From Elusimicrobiota bacterium (lineage in GTDB: Bacteria > Elusimicrobiota > Elusimicrobia > UBA1565), in assembly GCA_043819795.1 (NCBI GenBank), contig JBDREN010000131.1:1-47411 (forward strand): DNA of 47,411 bases. Direction: 5' to 3'. Of the stretch, positions 17,876 through 27,364 are shown one piece after another (position 1 is the first letter of the stretch; every line of letters begins with the position of its first letter). A model generated the notes under the pieces. The model ran no database searches, was not told the DNA's origin, and saw only the letters and a program-made list of their open reading frames with translations. The position numbers and the translations under genes were made by a program.

Positions 17876-17974
17876 GGGCGCCGGGTCGGCGAAGAACAGG
17901 GTGATCGCGTCCCCGCCAGTTTGGATCCGGAACACAGGTCTCCCGCGGCCAAGGCGCGTCTCCTTTCGGAGACG

Positions 17975-18766
17975 TCAGAAACCGAGTTCGGTCTCGTCGA
18001 TGATGGTGGCCTCGGGCAGGCCCAGGTCCTTGGGCGGGGGGGGAGGCGGCTGAGCCGGCGGCTCCGGGGCCTTCGCCTCCGCTGCCTCGGCCGCGGTCCG
18101 CACGGCTTCCTCCGCGGTCTTGCGGGCGTCCTCCACGGCTTTCTTCGCCTCCTCCAGGACCTCCCGCACCTTCTCCACCAGCTCGGCCGCCGCGCGGCCC
18201 GCCTTGCCCATGTCCTTGCGCGCCCGCCGGCTCATGCGTCCGAGGCGCTTGCCGAAGCCCGCGACGGCGCGCTCCTGGGAGGCGATCTTCTCGTGGGTCC
18301 GCCGGAGGGCCTCCCGCAGGTCCGAGATGGCGCGCAGCCGATCCTCCGCGGCCACGATCCTCGCGCGCAACGCGGAGATTGCACGCTCCTTGAGCGAGAG
18401 CTCCTCGCTCATCCGCTGATAACGGTTTTCCCGGGAGCGCAGCGTCCGGATGTTCCCGCGCAGAAAGGCTTCGAGCTCGATGATGCGCTCCTGCATCGAA
18501 CGCAGGGACGCGGCGTCGTGCAGGGTGGGCTCCGGCGGCAACCAAACCGGCTTCAGGGCCCCGCCCGGCATGGTCTGGTGGAACGAGGGGGGCAGCAGTT
18601 CCCTGAGCTCGGGGACCACGGCCGCGCGGAGCCAGTCTCCGGGGCCGCCGATCCGGTAGCGCTCCGGGCAGACCAAAGACTCCTCCGAGAAGCCCTCGCA
18701 GCGCCGCAGCGACTCCCGGTCGAACGGGCCGGTGACCTTGTCGTCCCGATACAGCCAGTAGCGCAT
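17975..18766 (-). CDS. GYF_2/DUF4339-like N-terminal domain + coiled-coil protein
   Basis: MRYWLYRDDKVTGPFDRESL...SLVCPE...DWLRAAVVPEL, then long heptad repeats and a Pro-rich acidic tail. Confidence 0.75.
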   Translation of the reverse strand: MRYWLYRDDKVTGPFDRESLRRCEGFSEESLVCPERYRIGGPGDWLRAAVVPELRELLPPSFHQTMPGGALKPVWLPPEPTLHDAASLRSMQERIIELEAFLRGNIRTLRSRENRYQRMSEELSLKERAISALRARIVAAEDRLRAISDLREALRRTHEKIASQERAVAGFGKRLGRMSRRARKDMGKAGRAAAELVEKVREVLEEAKKAVEDARKTAEEAVRTAAEAAEAKAPEPPAQPPPPPPKDLGLPEATIIDETELGF

Positions 18767-18772
18767 GTCATA

Positions 18773-18801
18773 AAGATAGACCACCGATGTTACGGCGTCA
18801 A
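18773..18801 (-). promoter_or_regulatory. sigma70-type promoter
   Basis: TTGACG-17 nt-TATCTT, with ATG 6 nt downstream. Confidence 0.65.
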
Positions 18802-18851
18802 GAGCCGTTGTCTGCGGCCTCGGTTTGTGATAAGGTATCCTGGATACGACG

Positions 18852-19969
18852 ATGACCTCCACCCACGCGCCGCGCCGGACCGCGCTCTACGCGATCCATC
18901 AGGACATGGGGGCCAAGCTGGTGGATTTCCACGGCTGGGAGCTCCCCGTCCGCTTCACGAGCATCATCAAGGAGCATGAGGCGGTGCGGACCTCCTGCGG
19001 GCTTTTCGACGTGTCCCATATGGGGCAGGTCGCGGTCCAGGGGCCTCAGGCCCTGGAGTTCATCCAAAGGTGAACTCCAACGACGCGGCGCGCCTCGCCC
19101 CGGGCCAGGCCATGTATTCCCACATGCTCAACGAGCGCGGCGGGGTCGTCGACGATGTGATCGTGTCGCGTCTGGCTCCGGACAGATTCCTTGTCGTCGT
19201 CAACGCCGCAACGACCGAGAAGGATCTCGAATGGCTCTGCCGCCATTCCGAGGGCATGCGGGTATTCCTGGAGGACTTGAGCACTCACTACGGCATGCTC
19301 GCGCTCCAAGGGCCGCGGGCGGAGAAGGTGCTCGCGCCCGTCATCGCGGAGTCCGCCGCTCTCAAGCGCTTCGGCGCGCTTGAGATCGAGCTCTATGGGC
19401 AGCGTGTGGTGGCGACGCGGACCGGCTATACCGGGGAGGACGGGTTCGAGATCATCGCGCCGACGGTCATCCTGTCGCGGATCTGGAACACTTTGGTCGC
19501 GCAGGGGGGGTCCTTCGGCCTGATCCCCTGCGGCCTGGGCGCGCGGGACACGCTGCGCCTGGAGGCGGGCTATCCGCTCTACGGGGCGGACCTCGACGAC
19601 GAGCATACGCCGCTCGAGGCCGGCTGCGCCTGGGTCGTCAAATTCTCGAAAGGCGAGTTCATCGGGAAGGCCGCCCTCGAGGCCCAGAAGCGCTCGGGGC
19701 CGCGGCGACGGATGTTCGGCGTCCGGCTGCTCGAAAGGGGCGTCCCCCGAGCGGGCGCGGAGGTCAGCCTCGATGGCCGCGCGGTCGGCCGGCTCACCAG
19801 CGCTTCGTTCTCTCCCACGCTGCAGGCCGGCATCGGTCTCGGCTACATGGAGCCTCCGGACCTCGAGCCGGGCCGGGAGGTGTCCGTCGAGGCGTACGGG
19901 CGCCGGCTCCGGGCGGAGCTCGTCCGGCTCCCGTTCTACAAGCCGCCCCCGGCGGGCGGCGCATCCTGA
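18852..19969 (+). CDS. gcvT: Glycine cleavage aminomethyltransferase T, split by a one-base frameshift at ~19066-19070
   Basis: RTALY...GWELPVRF...EHEAVR...LFDVSHMG in the first frame; GGVVDDVIV, RTGYTGEDGFEI and GLGARDTLRLEAGYPLYG in the second frame. Confidence 0.93.
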
Positions 19970-19982
19970 GAGGGGGGCATCT

Positions 19983-20372
19983 ATGGCGAATCCGGAAACC
20001 TGCCGTTACATGAAGTCGCACGAATGGGTCTCCATGGATGGCGACCAGGCGACCGTCGGGGTGTCCGACCACGCCCAGAAGGAGATCACGGACGTCGTGT
20101 TCGTCGACCTGCCCAAGGCCGGCCGCGCCGTCTCCAAGGGCGAGGCCGTCGCCGTGGTGGAGTCGGTGAAGGCCGCGTTCGACATCTACGCCCCGCTCTC
20201 CGGCGAGGTGGCGGCCGTCAACGAAGAGCTGGTCGAGAACCCGGCTCTCGTGAACCAGTCGCCGCACGAAAAGGGGTGGCTGTTCCGCATCAAGGCCTCG
20301 GAGCCGGCCGAGTTCGACGGCCTCATGGAGTTCTCCCGGTACCAGGAGTTCCTGAAGTCGGGCGCTCAGTGA
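19983..20372 (+). CDS. gcvH: Glycine cleavage system H protein
   Basis: SHEWV, lipoyl-lysine motif VESVKAAFDIYAPLSGEV, and NQSPHEKGWL. Confidence 0.96.
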   Translation: MANPETCRYMKSHEWVSMDGDQATVGVSDHAQKEITDVVFVDLPKAGRAVSKGEAVAVVESVKAAFDIYAPLSGEVAAVNEELVENPALVNQSPHEKGWLFRIKASEPAEFDGLMEFSRYQEFLKSGAQ

Positions 20373-20376
20373 GCCG

Positions 20377-20446
20377 CCGGCCGCCAAACGCCCGACCGGA
20401 GGTCGCCCGGCACGGCGCCCCTGCCGGGGTCGACGCCGCGCCGGCC
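20377..20446 (+). repeat. Palindromic repeat family A, copy 5 (70 bp, intergenic)
   Basis: CCGGCCGCCAAACGCCCGACCGGAGGTCGCCCGGCACGGCGCCCCTGCCGGGGTCGACGCCGCGCCGGCC; one extra A relative to the coding copies. Confidence 0.93.
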
Positions 20447-20513
20447 ATGGCGTCCCCTGAGCTGAGGCGGCCCGCCGAGGCGCCGTTCCGGCCGTTCCGG
20501 CAGCCGCTCGATC

Positions 20514-21242
20514 ATGCGCGCCTACCTGCTTGAGAGCCCCCCGCTTGACGCCTACGCCCAGATGGCGCTGGACGAGGCCGTCCTCGATCTTCTGGAGCCG
20601 GACGCCTGCGCCCTGCGCGTCTACCGCTGGCGCCACGCGCGCTTCTATCGCGGAGGTACGGTCCACGGAGTCACGTTCGGATGCTCGCAGCGGTTCGCCG
20701 AGGTCGAGGATTCCGTCCGCGGGCGGCAGGGGGGGGTCACGTTCCCGTTGGTGCGCCGGTGCACGGGAGGCGGGATCGTCTGGCACGACGGGGACGTCAC
20801 GTTCTCGTTCGTCTTTCCATGGCCGCGGCTCTCGCCTCCGTCGCGGATCTACCGGGACGTCCATCACGGGGCGCACCTCGGTCTGAAGGCGCACATGCTG
20901 GCGTCGCGGCTGTCCGGTCGGCCGTCGGAGAGGCGTCCGGCCGGCCTGGCCCTGGAATGCTTCGCCGGCCCCGAGCAGGAGGACCTCGTCTACGAGGACG
21001 GAAGCAAGCTGCTCGGCGGAGCCCTGCGGCGCCGTAAGGGCGTGGGGCTTTATCAGGGCTCGATGCGGGCGGCGGGTTTCTCGGTCCCGCCCGAGCGGAT
21101 GCGCCGGGCCTTGGTGGAGGGGTTCAGCCTGAAGTGGGCGGCCCTGTTCATGCCTTGCCCGCCCCGGCCCGACATGGCGGCCGCCGCCGAGCGTCTCCGG
21201 CAAGAGAAATATAGCCAAGACAAATGGAATCAAAAAAGGTAA
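20514..21242 (+). CDS. Lipoate-protein ligase/octanoyltransferase (LipM/LplA-like catalytic domain)
   Basis: QMALDEAVL, LRVYRW, VRRCTGGGIVWHD, KLLGGA and YQGS motifs; adjacent to gcvH. Confidence 0.85.
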   Translation: MRAYLLESPPLDAYAQMALDEAVLDLLEPDACALRVYRWRHARFYRGGTVHGVTFGCSQRFAEVEDSVRGRQGGVTFPLVRRCTGGGIVWHDGDVTFSFVFPWPRLSPPSRIYRDVHHGAHLGLKAHMLASRLSGRPSERRPAGLALECFAGPEQEDLVYEDGSKLLGGALRRRKGVGLYQGSMRAAGFSVPPERMRRALVEGFSLKWAALFMPCPPRPDMAAAAERLRQEKYSQDKWNQKR

Positions 21243-21273
21243 AACACCGGCGGACTGCCGGGAGGAGGGGAAG

Positions 21274-21504
21274 ATGAAAGCATTCGTTCTGTGCAAGCTG
21301 ATCGCCGGTCTCGAGCAGAAGGCCATGAACCAGATACGCACGATCAAGGGCATCACCGATGTGTTCCTGACGTTCGGCTCCTGGGACGCGGTCCTCACGG
21401 CCGAGGCCGACACCATCGACAAGCTCAGCGGCCTCATCGTGCGGGAGATCCGGGGCATCCACGGGGTGCAGACCACGGAGACGCTCGTCACGACGAATCT
21501 ATAG
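21274..21504 (+). CDS. Stand-alone Lrp/AsnC ligand-binding (RAM) domain protein
   Basis: 76 aa; KAFVL...TFGSWDAV...IRGIHGVQTTETL; GGAGG RBS. Confidence 0.88.
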   Translation: MKAFVLCKLIAGLEQKAMNQIRTIKGITDVFLTFGSWDAVLTAEADTIDKLSGLIVREIRGIHGVQTTETLVTTNL

Positions 21505-21513
21505 GGCGGCCGC

Positions 21514-21543
21514 GGAGCCGTTTGCAGAAAGGGGCTCTTTTTT
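21514..21543 (+). terminator. Possible intrinsic terminator
   Basis: Imperfect GAGCC...GGCTC stem followed by T6. Confidence 0.45.
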
Positions 21544-21582
21544 GTACCTTTTCCGTGGCCGAAAGCCGGGGTTGGAGGAACC

Positions 21583-22020
21583 GTGTCAAACGCCCAGGGA
21601 GATCTCTTAGATCCCAAGACGAAGACGGTCCTTATCGTCGACGACGACGAGGCCATACTCAATCTCCTCGAGATCCTCGTGCAGCGGGACGGGTTCAAGG
21701 TGCTGCGCGCCGAGTCGGCGGAGGCCGCCGTCTTCAAGCTGCGGCGCAAGCCGGACGCGGTGCTCCTGGACCTGATCCTGCCCGGCACGAAGACCGGCGT
21801 GGACGTGCTGCGTATGATGCGCGAGGGCGGGGACCCGATGCCCGTCGTCATCGTCATCACGGCGCATGACGCCAAGCATCCGGCTTTCATGGAGGCCAAG
21901 AAGGACCCGAACGTGTCCCATTTTCTCAGCAAGCCGATCAACCAGGACGAGCTCCTGGTGCTGCTGCACCGGCTTCTGAAGACGCAGCCGCCGAAGGGCT
22001 CGGCCGCGGATGTCGCCTAG
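21583..22020 (+). CDS. Single-domain response regulator
   Basis: VLIVDDD, LLDLILPG, VITA and KP motifs; GGAGG RBS. Confidence 0.92.
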   Translation: MSNAQGDLLDPKTKTVLIVDDDEAILNLLEILVQRDGFKVLRAESAEAAVFKLRRKPDAVLLDLILPGTKTGVDVLRMMREGGDPMPVVIVITAHDAKHPAFMEAKKDPNVSHFLSKPINQDELLVLLHRLLKTQPPKGSAADVA

Positions 22021-22086
22021 GATCCCCCGGGGCGGCGACGGCGCCGGTTTGAGAATCTGAAACTCAGCGAGGACGGGAGCATTAGG

Positions 22087-22557
22087 ATGGATGGAGAAGA
22101 ACTGACTCTACCGCCGGACATGGCGGATCCCAAGGATAAGCTGGTCCTGATCGTCGACGACGATGAGAGCCTCTTGGACCTGCTCGAGCACATGGTCAAG
22201 AAAGAGGGCTTTCGCTTCGAGCGGGCGTCCGACGGACAGGAAGCGCTTCGCAAGATCGACGCGCAGACGCCTGACTTGATCATACTTGATTTCATGCTTC
22301 CCGGCATCGGGGGCTTCGAGGTCCTCAAGGAGCTCCAGATGGGCGACGCGCGGAACACCCCCGTCCTCGTGATCACGGGGCGCCGGATCGACCGGGAGAC
22401 GGTCGAGATGGTCCGCCAAGAGTCGAACGTCCGGGAGTACATGGAGAAGCCCATCAAGCCGGCCGTTCTAGGGGCGCTTCTGCACCGGATACTCAAGACG
22501 CGTCCTCCCGATGTCCGCCGCACGACCGACAGGGGCCCTCTCTCGAGCGGCTGGTAG
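22087..22557 (+). CDS. Single-domain response regulator
   Basis: VLIVDDD, ILDFMLPG, VITG and KP motifs; start may instead be ATG 22120. Confidence 0.92.
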   Translation: MDGEELTLPPDMADPKDKLVLIVDDDESLLDLLEHMVKKEGFRFERASDGQEALRKIDAQTPDLIILDFMLPGIGGFEVLKELQMGDARNTPVLVITGRRIDRETVEMVRQESNVREYMEKPIKPAVLGALLHRILKTRPPDVRRTTDRGPLSSGW

Positions 22558-23011
22558 CCGCGCGTTCCGCTGGACCGCAGTCGTCGTCTGCGCGGTTCTG
22601 GCTGTCTACGGGCTCGTCTACGTCGACCTCGTCCTCCGCGCTCGCTCGGCCTACCTCGAGGGCGAGAAGTACATGGAGTGGCACCGCCGTCCCGAGGCCA
22701 AGAAGGCCTTCTTCGAGGCGCGCTTCCTGGGGGAGAAGGAGATCCTCGACCGGCGGAAGGCCGCCGGAGAGCTCGTCGAGACCGAGTACCGGCAGCGTCT
22801 GGAGCTCGAGCGTTTCCGGCGTGACGAGGCCGTGGCCGAGAGCTCTCTGAAATACGCCTACCACTGGCACAAGACGGCCGTCGAGCTGTTCTCCCCGCCC
22901 GAGAGCCGATGGGTGCGCGCCTCCCGGGAGAAGATGGCCGAAGCGAAGGAGCTCTGGAAGCGGGAGCTTGACGGCAAGAACATCCCCTACGAAGACTACA
23001 TGCTGGAATGA
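22511..23011 (+). CDS. Membrane-anchored hypothetical protein
   Basis: One N-terminal TM then a charged helical domain; coupled to the next gene by ATGA. Start uncertain. Confidence 0.7.
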   Translation: MSAARPTGALSRAAGSRAFRWTAVVVCAVLAVYGLVYVDLVLRARSAYLEGEKYMEWHRRPEAKKAFFEARFLGEKEILDRRKAAGELVETEYRQRLELERFRRDEAVAESSLKYAYHWHKTAVELFSPPESRWVRASREKMAEAKELWKRELDGKNIPYEDYMLE

Positions 23012-23730
23012 GCCGGCGACGCCTCCGGAGCGCGTCGGCGGTCCTCCGGCCGGTCGCCGGGCTGGCCCTGATCCCGACCGCGGCCGCCATGTTGCTGGCC
23101 GCGGCCCGGGCCTTCGGGGATCTCTCAGCGCATACCTCCGCGACCGCGTGGTTCCTCGGCGGGTTCGGCGGGTACGCTGCCGCCTACGCCCTCGGCGTGC
23201 TCCGCCTCAAGCCGCTGTATGTCCTCGCCCATGAGCTCACGCATGCGATGGCGGTATGGATGGGCGGGGGCAAGGTATTCAAGCTGGTCGTCCGCGCCGA
23301 AAAGGGGCATGTGGACCTTTCGCACATGAACGCCTTCATCGCGCTGGCGCCGTATTGGATCCCCCTTTACGCGCTGGCGCTCGTGGCGACGTATCGGCTG
23401 GTCCTCTGGGCCGGCCCGCCTCCCGGCGCGCGGGAGGCCTTTCTGCTGCTGATGGGCGCGGCCCTGGCGTTCCACCTCGTGCATACGGCCCGCTCCCTGT
23501 GGGTCGCGCACCAGAGCGACCTGGACCATGCCGGCATCGCCCTCTCGATCGCCCTGATCGCGTTGCTCAACGGCGCCGTGCTCCTGGCGGCGCTCAAGTG
23601 CCTGTTCCCGGAAGCCGTGTCGCTGGCCTCGAGCCTGAATTGGGTCGCGGCCGTGACCGCGGGCTTCTGGCGCCAGACGGCCGGCCTCCTGCGCCGGGGG
23701 GGCGCGGCGTTCTCCGCGGCGGTGGGCTGA
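23008..23730 (+). CDS. Membrane zinc metallopeptidase, M50-like
   Basis: LYVLAHELTHA (HExxH) in a TM context, plus IALAPY and QSDL. Confidence 0.75.
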   Translation: MSRRRLRSASAVLRPVAGLALIPTAAAMLLAAARAFGDLSAHTSATAWFLGGFGGYAAAYALGVLRLKPLYVLAHELTHAMAVWMGGGKVFKLVVRAEKGHVDLSHMNAFIALAPYWIPLYALALVATYRLVLWAGPPPGAREAFLLLMGAALAFHLVHTARSLWVAHQSDLDHAGIALSIALIALLNGAVLLAALKCLFPEAVSLASSLNWVAAVTAGFWRQTAGLLRRGGAAFSAAVG

Positions 23731-23732
23731 GC

Positions 23733-24326
23733 ATGCCTCTGAGCCCGGGATATCGCCTGGAGATCCAGCGCAAGGCCTTCCACTGCCTGAGCCTGATGTA
23801 TCTTCTCGCGTATCTGCTCCTCGGGCTGCGGGTGACGCTCTGGGCGGTGGGGGCCTGGGCGCTCCTGGAGGGAAGCCTCGAGGTGCTTCGCCTGCGCCGG
23901 CCCGCCTTCAACGCGCGGCTCATGCGCTTCTTCCGCGGGATCCATCGCGCGGACGAGGATCGCCGCGTCAGCGGGGTCTTCTGGACCACGCTCGGCTGCT
24001 GGTTCACGATGCTGGCCTTCGGGTCGCGCCCCACGGTCGTCGCCGCCGCCATCCTCTACCTGGCCTTCGGCGACGGGGCCGCGGCTCTCGTCGGACGGGC
24101 GATCGGAAGGGTCCAGATCGGTCTCTTCGGCCGCCGCAAGAGCCTCGAGGGCTCGCTGGCCTGTCTGGCCGTCTGTCTCGCGGCGGGCTGGGCCGTCGGC
24201 ATCCGCGGGCCGGGGCTCTGGGCCGGGGCCGTCGTCGCGACGCTCGTCGAGTACCTTCCCATGCCCCTCGACGACAACCTCTGGCTTCCCGTGCTTTCCG
24301 CGGGCGTCCTGACCCTGCTCGCTTAG
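23733..24326 (+). CDS. CTP-dependent diacylglycerol/polyprenol kinase family membrane protein
   Basis: RKAFH, FGDGAAALVG, KSLEGS and DDNL motifs. Confidence 0.88.
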   Translation: MPLSPGYRLEIQRKAFHCLSLMYLLAYLLLGLRVTLWAVGAWALLEGSLEVLRLRRPAFNARLMRFFRGIHRADEDRRVSGVFWTTLGCWFTMLAFGSRPTVVAAAILYLAFGDGAAALVGRAIGRVQIGLFGRRKSLEGSLACLAVCLAAGWAVGIRGPGLWAGAVVATLVEYLPMPLDDNLWLPVLSAGVLTLLA

Positions 24327-24436
24327 GTCGGCTCATCGCCGCAAGATCGCGCACGGCCGGAAATCCGCCCGGCGAATCTCCGTACGCGCGTACTCGTATG
24401 TGCCCACGCGCGCGAAATGAGCTAGAATAGACGATT

Positions 24437-26755
24437 ATGGCGCGCAAGAAGGCGAAGGCCAAGTCCTCCGGGAAGGGCTCCTGGACGTGGACGCGCTGGA
24501 TCGGTTGGACCGCGGTGGGGGCCGGCGCGGCGGCGCTGGCGCTGGCCGTCGCCGCCACGGTCGCCGTCAATGTGTTCGTGACGCCGGAGGCCCTCAAGTC
24601 GCGCATCGCCGGGGAGCTGGAGAAGGCGTTCAATCGCCCCGTGCGTCTCGATCACGTCACGCTGCTGCTGCACCAGGGGGTCAAGGTCAGCGGGCTCGAG
24701 GTTCAGGATTCCGAGGACTTCGGGGGAGAGGTATTCCTGTCGAGCCGCTTCCTGCTCGCCAAGTTCAAGCTGTGGCCGCTGCTGTTCGGACGGGTCGAGC
24801 TGCGCCGCGTGCTGCTCATGTCTCCTCGCATCCAGCTCGTCCGCCGCGCCGACGGTGTCTGGAACCTGGAGGATATCCTCTTCCGCCCGGAACGGCCGGC
24901 ACGAGTGAAGGATAGCCCGGCGGTCCCGCCGCTGCATTCGGCCGAGTTCATCTCGATCGAGCGCGGCGAGCTGCGAGTGCGCGACGTTCCCCGGCGGCTG
25001 GACCTGAGCTTCGATGGCGTCCGCTTCCAGGCCAAGAATTTCAGCCCGGAGACTCCGTTCACTGTCCAGATGACTTTCCGCAACGAGAGCTGGGTCCGCG
25101 GTAAGCTCGTGCGCGCGGCCGTTGACCTCAAGGGCTCCGTCTCGCTGGGCGGCTTCCGGCCGGGGGAGGTGGAGGTCTCCGCCAAGAGGCTCGCGGTCGA
25201 GGTCGACGGGCTCAAGCTCGAGGCGGAGGGTACCGTCCGGAACCTGCTCCGCCCCGTGGTGGATATAACGCTCGACCTGCCGCGTCTCACCTCCGCCGTC
25301 CTTTCGCGCTACCATGCGGTCCCGAAGGGGATCGACCTCCCTCCGAGCCGATGGGAGCTGCGGTTGGGACCGGAGGCGCCCTCGGCGTCGGCCTCGGCAT
25401 CGACCGGGACCGCGCCGTCCTCCCCGGCCTCCGCGACCGGCTTCGGGGCGTACCGCGTGTCGGAGTTGTCGGTCTCGGCCGGCGGGATGCTGCTGGAGGC
25501 CTCGGGGCGCGTCGACCTAGACGAGCGCGGCCTGAGCCTTACCGTCCGGACGCCGAAGTTCCCGCTTGAGAAGGCGGCCGGCGTCTACGCGCCTTGGGCT
25601 CAACGCCGGATGGAGGGAACGGCCGCGGGGTCGTTGAAGCTGGCCGGGTCCTTCGCGGAGCCGGAGGTCGAGAGCGTGGAGCTCGAGCTGCGCGGCTTCT
25701 CGACGAACCTGAAGAATGGGAAACGCATAGGCAAGGCCGATATCACGATCCGTGGGAAGGACCGCCTGCGCTCCATCGATGTCCGCGTGCCGCGGGGGAC
25801 CTATGTCGCCTACGGCAACGCCCTATCGGACATCGACTTGGAGTTCCGGATCGAAAAAGGCGACATGGTCGTGCCGAAGCTCGGCGTGACGTGGAACGAG
25901 TCCCGGTTCCGGCTGGCGGGCTGCGTCAAGAACGTGGCGGCGCCGAAGGAGGTCTACGTGGACGGGAACGTGGACCGGCTGCGGATCGACGAGTTCTACG
26001 CGGCGATCGAGAACCTCATCATCCTGCGCAAGGCCGAGAAGGGCGAGACGGTCACGAAGGGGCTCCCTTGGGCGCGGGTGTTCAAGTACGCCATCCCGAA
26101 GAGGTTCCCCGACCTGACGGGCCGGGTGCGGATGTCGCGGGCGCACAGCCCCAATTTCGACACCCAGAACGTCGAGGTCTTGTGGGAGCTCAAGGACATC
26201 GCGCGGGGGCTGAAGAACGTCAACGGGCATTTCCGCATAGGGTTCGGGCCGGGGCGCGTGATGGACGTCCCCAAGGTGCGCAAGGCCCATCCCGTGGTGA
26301 ACGTTCTGCTGCTGCCGTTCGTGGAGATGCACAAGATCCAGCGCAAGTCGGACCTCAGCCTCGATACCGCCGTTCCGAAGACGCTCGATTTCACGCGCAC
26401 CTACGGCGAGTTCGGCGCCGAGCGCGGCATCGTCGACGTGCGCTACCTGCATTTCGACAGCGGGCAGTTCGTCTCGTTCACCGACGGCCGGGTGGACTTC
26501 CCCACCGAGAAGCTGGACCTGCACGTCCTGCTGCGCATCCCGGAGCCGCGCGGGAACCTCTCGTACTATCTCGTCGACACTAAGGGGCGGCCGTCCATCG
26601 ACATCACCATCGAGGACGACCTCAATCGTCCGAACGTGAAGTTCAAGACGCGGAAGATCCAGGCCGACGACATCGAGAACGCGCTGGCGGCCGGGCTCCA
26701 GCGCGTGCTGCTGTTCCCGGCGCTGGACGAGAAGCTTTCCTGCGGGAGGAACTGA
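24437..26755 (+). CDS. AsmA-family protein
   Basis: N-terminal TM; LWPLLFGRVEL...PRIQLVRRADGVWNL signature; beta-rich repeats. TAGAAT lies 8 nt upstream of the ATG. Confidence 0.82.
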   Translation: MARKKAKAKSSGKGSWTWTRWIGWTAVGAGAAALALAVAATVAVNVFVTPEALKSRIAGELEKAFNRPVRLDHVTLLLHQGVKVSGLEVQDSEDFGGEVFLSSRFLLAKFKLWPLLFGRVELRRVLLMSPRIQLVRRADGVWNLEDILFRPERPARVKDSPAVPPLHSAEFISIERGELRVRDVPRRLDLSFDGVRFQAKNFSPETPFTVQMTFRNESWVRGKLVRAAVDLKGSVSLGGFRPGEVEVSAKRLAVEVDGLKLEAEGTVRNLLRPVVDITLDLPRLTSAVLSRYHAVPKGIDLPPSRWELRLGPEAPSASASASTGTAPSSPASATGFGAYRVSELSVSAGGMLLEASGRVDLDERGLSLTVRTPKFPLEKAAGVYAPWAQRRMEGTAAGSLKLAGSFAEPEVESVELELRGFSTNLKNGKRIGKADITIRGKDRLRSIDVRVPRGTYVAYGNALSDIDLEFRIEKGDMVVPKLGVTWNESRFRLAGCVKNVAAPKEVYVDGNVDRLRIDEFYAAIENLIILRKAEKGETVTKGLPWARVFKYAIPKRFPDLTGRVRMSRAHSPNFDTQNVEVLWELKDIARGLKNVNGHFRIGFGPGRVMDVPKVRKAHPVVNVLLLPFVEMHKIQRKSDLSLDTAVPKTLDFTRTYGEFGAERGIVDVRYLHFDSGQFVSFTDGRVDFPTEKLDLHVLLRIPEPRGNLSYYLVDTKGRPSIDITIEDDLNRPNVKFKTRKIQADDIENALAAGLQRVLLFPALDEKLSCGRN

Positions 26756-27364
26756 ATGAGACGCATGAACAAGCTGGACGTCATCGGCATTCTGCAGGAG
26801 CACGGGGCGATCCTCGAGGGGCATTTCCGGCTTCCATCGGGGCTGCACAGCCCGATCTACATTCAGCCGGCCGTCGTGCTGCAGTATCCCCATCTGGCGC
26901 ATAAGATCGCGCAGGCCCTGAGCAAGAAGTTTTCCGAGGCCGTGGACGTGGTGGTCTCGCCGGCGATGGGCGGGGTCGTCATCGGGCAGGAGGTGGCGCG
27001 CGTGCGCCGCTGCCGTTCGATCTTCTTCGAGCGGACGGCCGGGGGTCCGGCCATGGGCCTGCGGCGCAACTTCCGGCTCAAATCCGGCGAGCGCGTGCTG
27101 GTCGTGGAGGACGTCCTCATGGCCGGCCGCACGACCAGCGAACTCGTCACTCTGGCGGCCGCCTACGGCGCGAAGGTCGTGGGTGTCGCGGCGATCGTGG
27201 ACCGCTCGATGGGCCCCCTCTCCCTCCCGGTGCCCGCGCGAGCGCTCGTCTCCTTCCCGATCCCGGTGGTCGCTCCGGACGACTGCGAGCTCTGCGCGCG
27301 GCGCCTGCCGGTGACCCTGCCGGAAGAGGGGGGGGCGCCTGCGGCGATAGCCGGCGAGTCATGA
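26756..27364 (+). CDS. pyrE: Orotate phosphoribosyltransferase
   Basis: GAILEGHFRLPSGLHSPIY, SPAMGG, PRPP-binding VLVVEDV and IVDRS. Confidence 0.9.
   Translation: MRRMNKLDVIGILQEHGAILEGHFRLPSGLHSPIYIQPAVVLQYPHLAHKIAQALSKKFSEAVDVVVSPAMGGVVIGQEVARVRRCRSIFFERTAGGPAMGLRRNFRLKSGERVLVVEDVLMAGRTTSELVTLAAAYGAKVVGVAAIVDRSMGPLSLPVPARALVSFPIPVVAPDDCELCARRLPVTLPEEGGAPAAIAGES

Noticed and set aside
19071..19073. TGA in gcvT as selenocysteine or stop-codon reassignment
   Set aside because: The continuation is in a different frame, so read-through would not restore the protein; other genes use TGA as a normal stop.
19794..21941. 715-aa minus-strand ORF and the many other long overlapping ORFs
   Set aside because: Antisense or out-of-frame shadows of well-supported genes, expected in high-GC DNA; no recognisable motifs.
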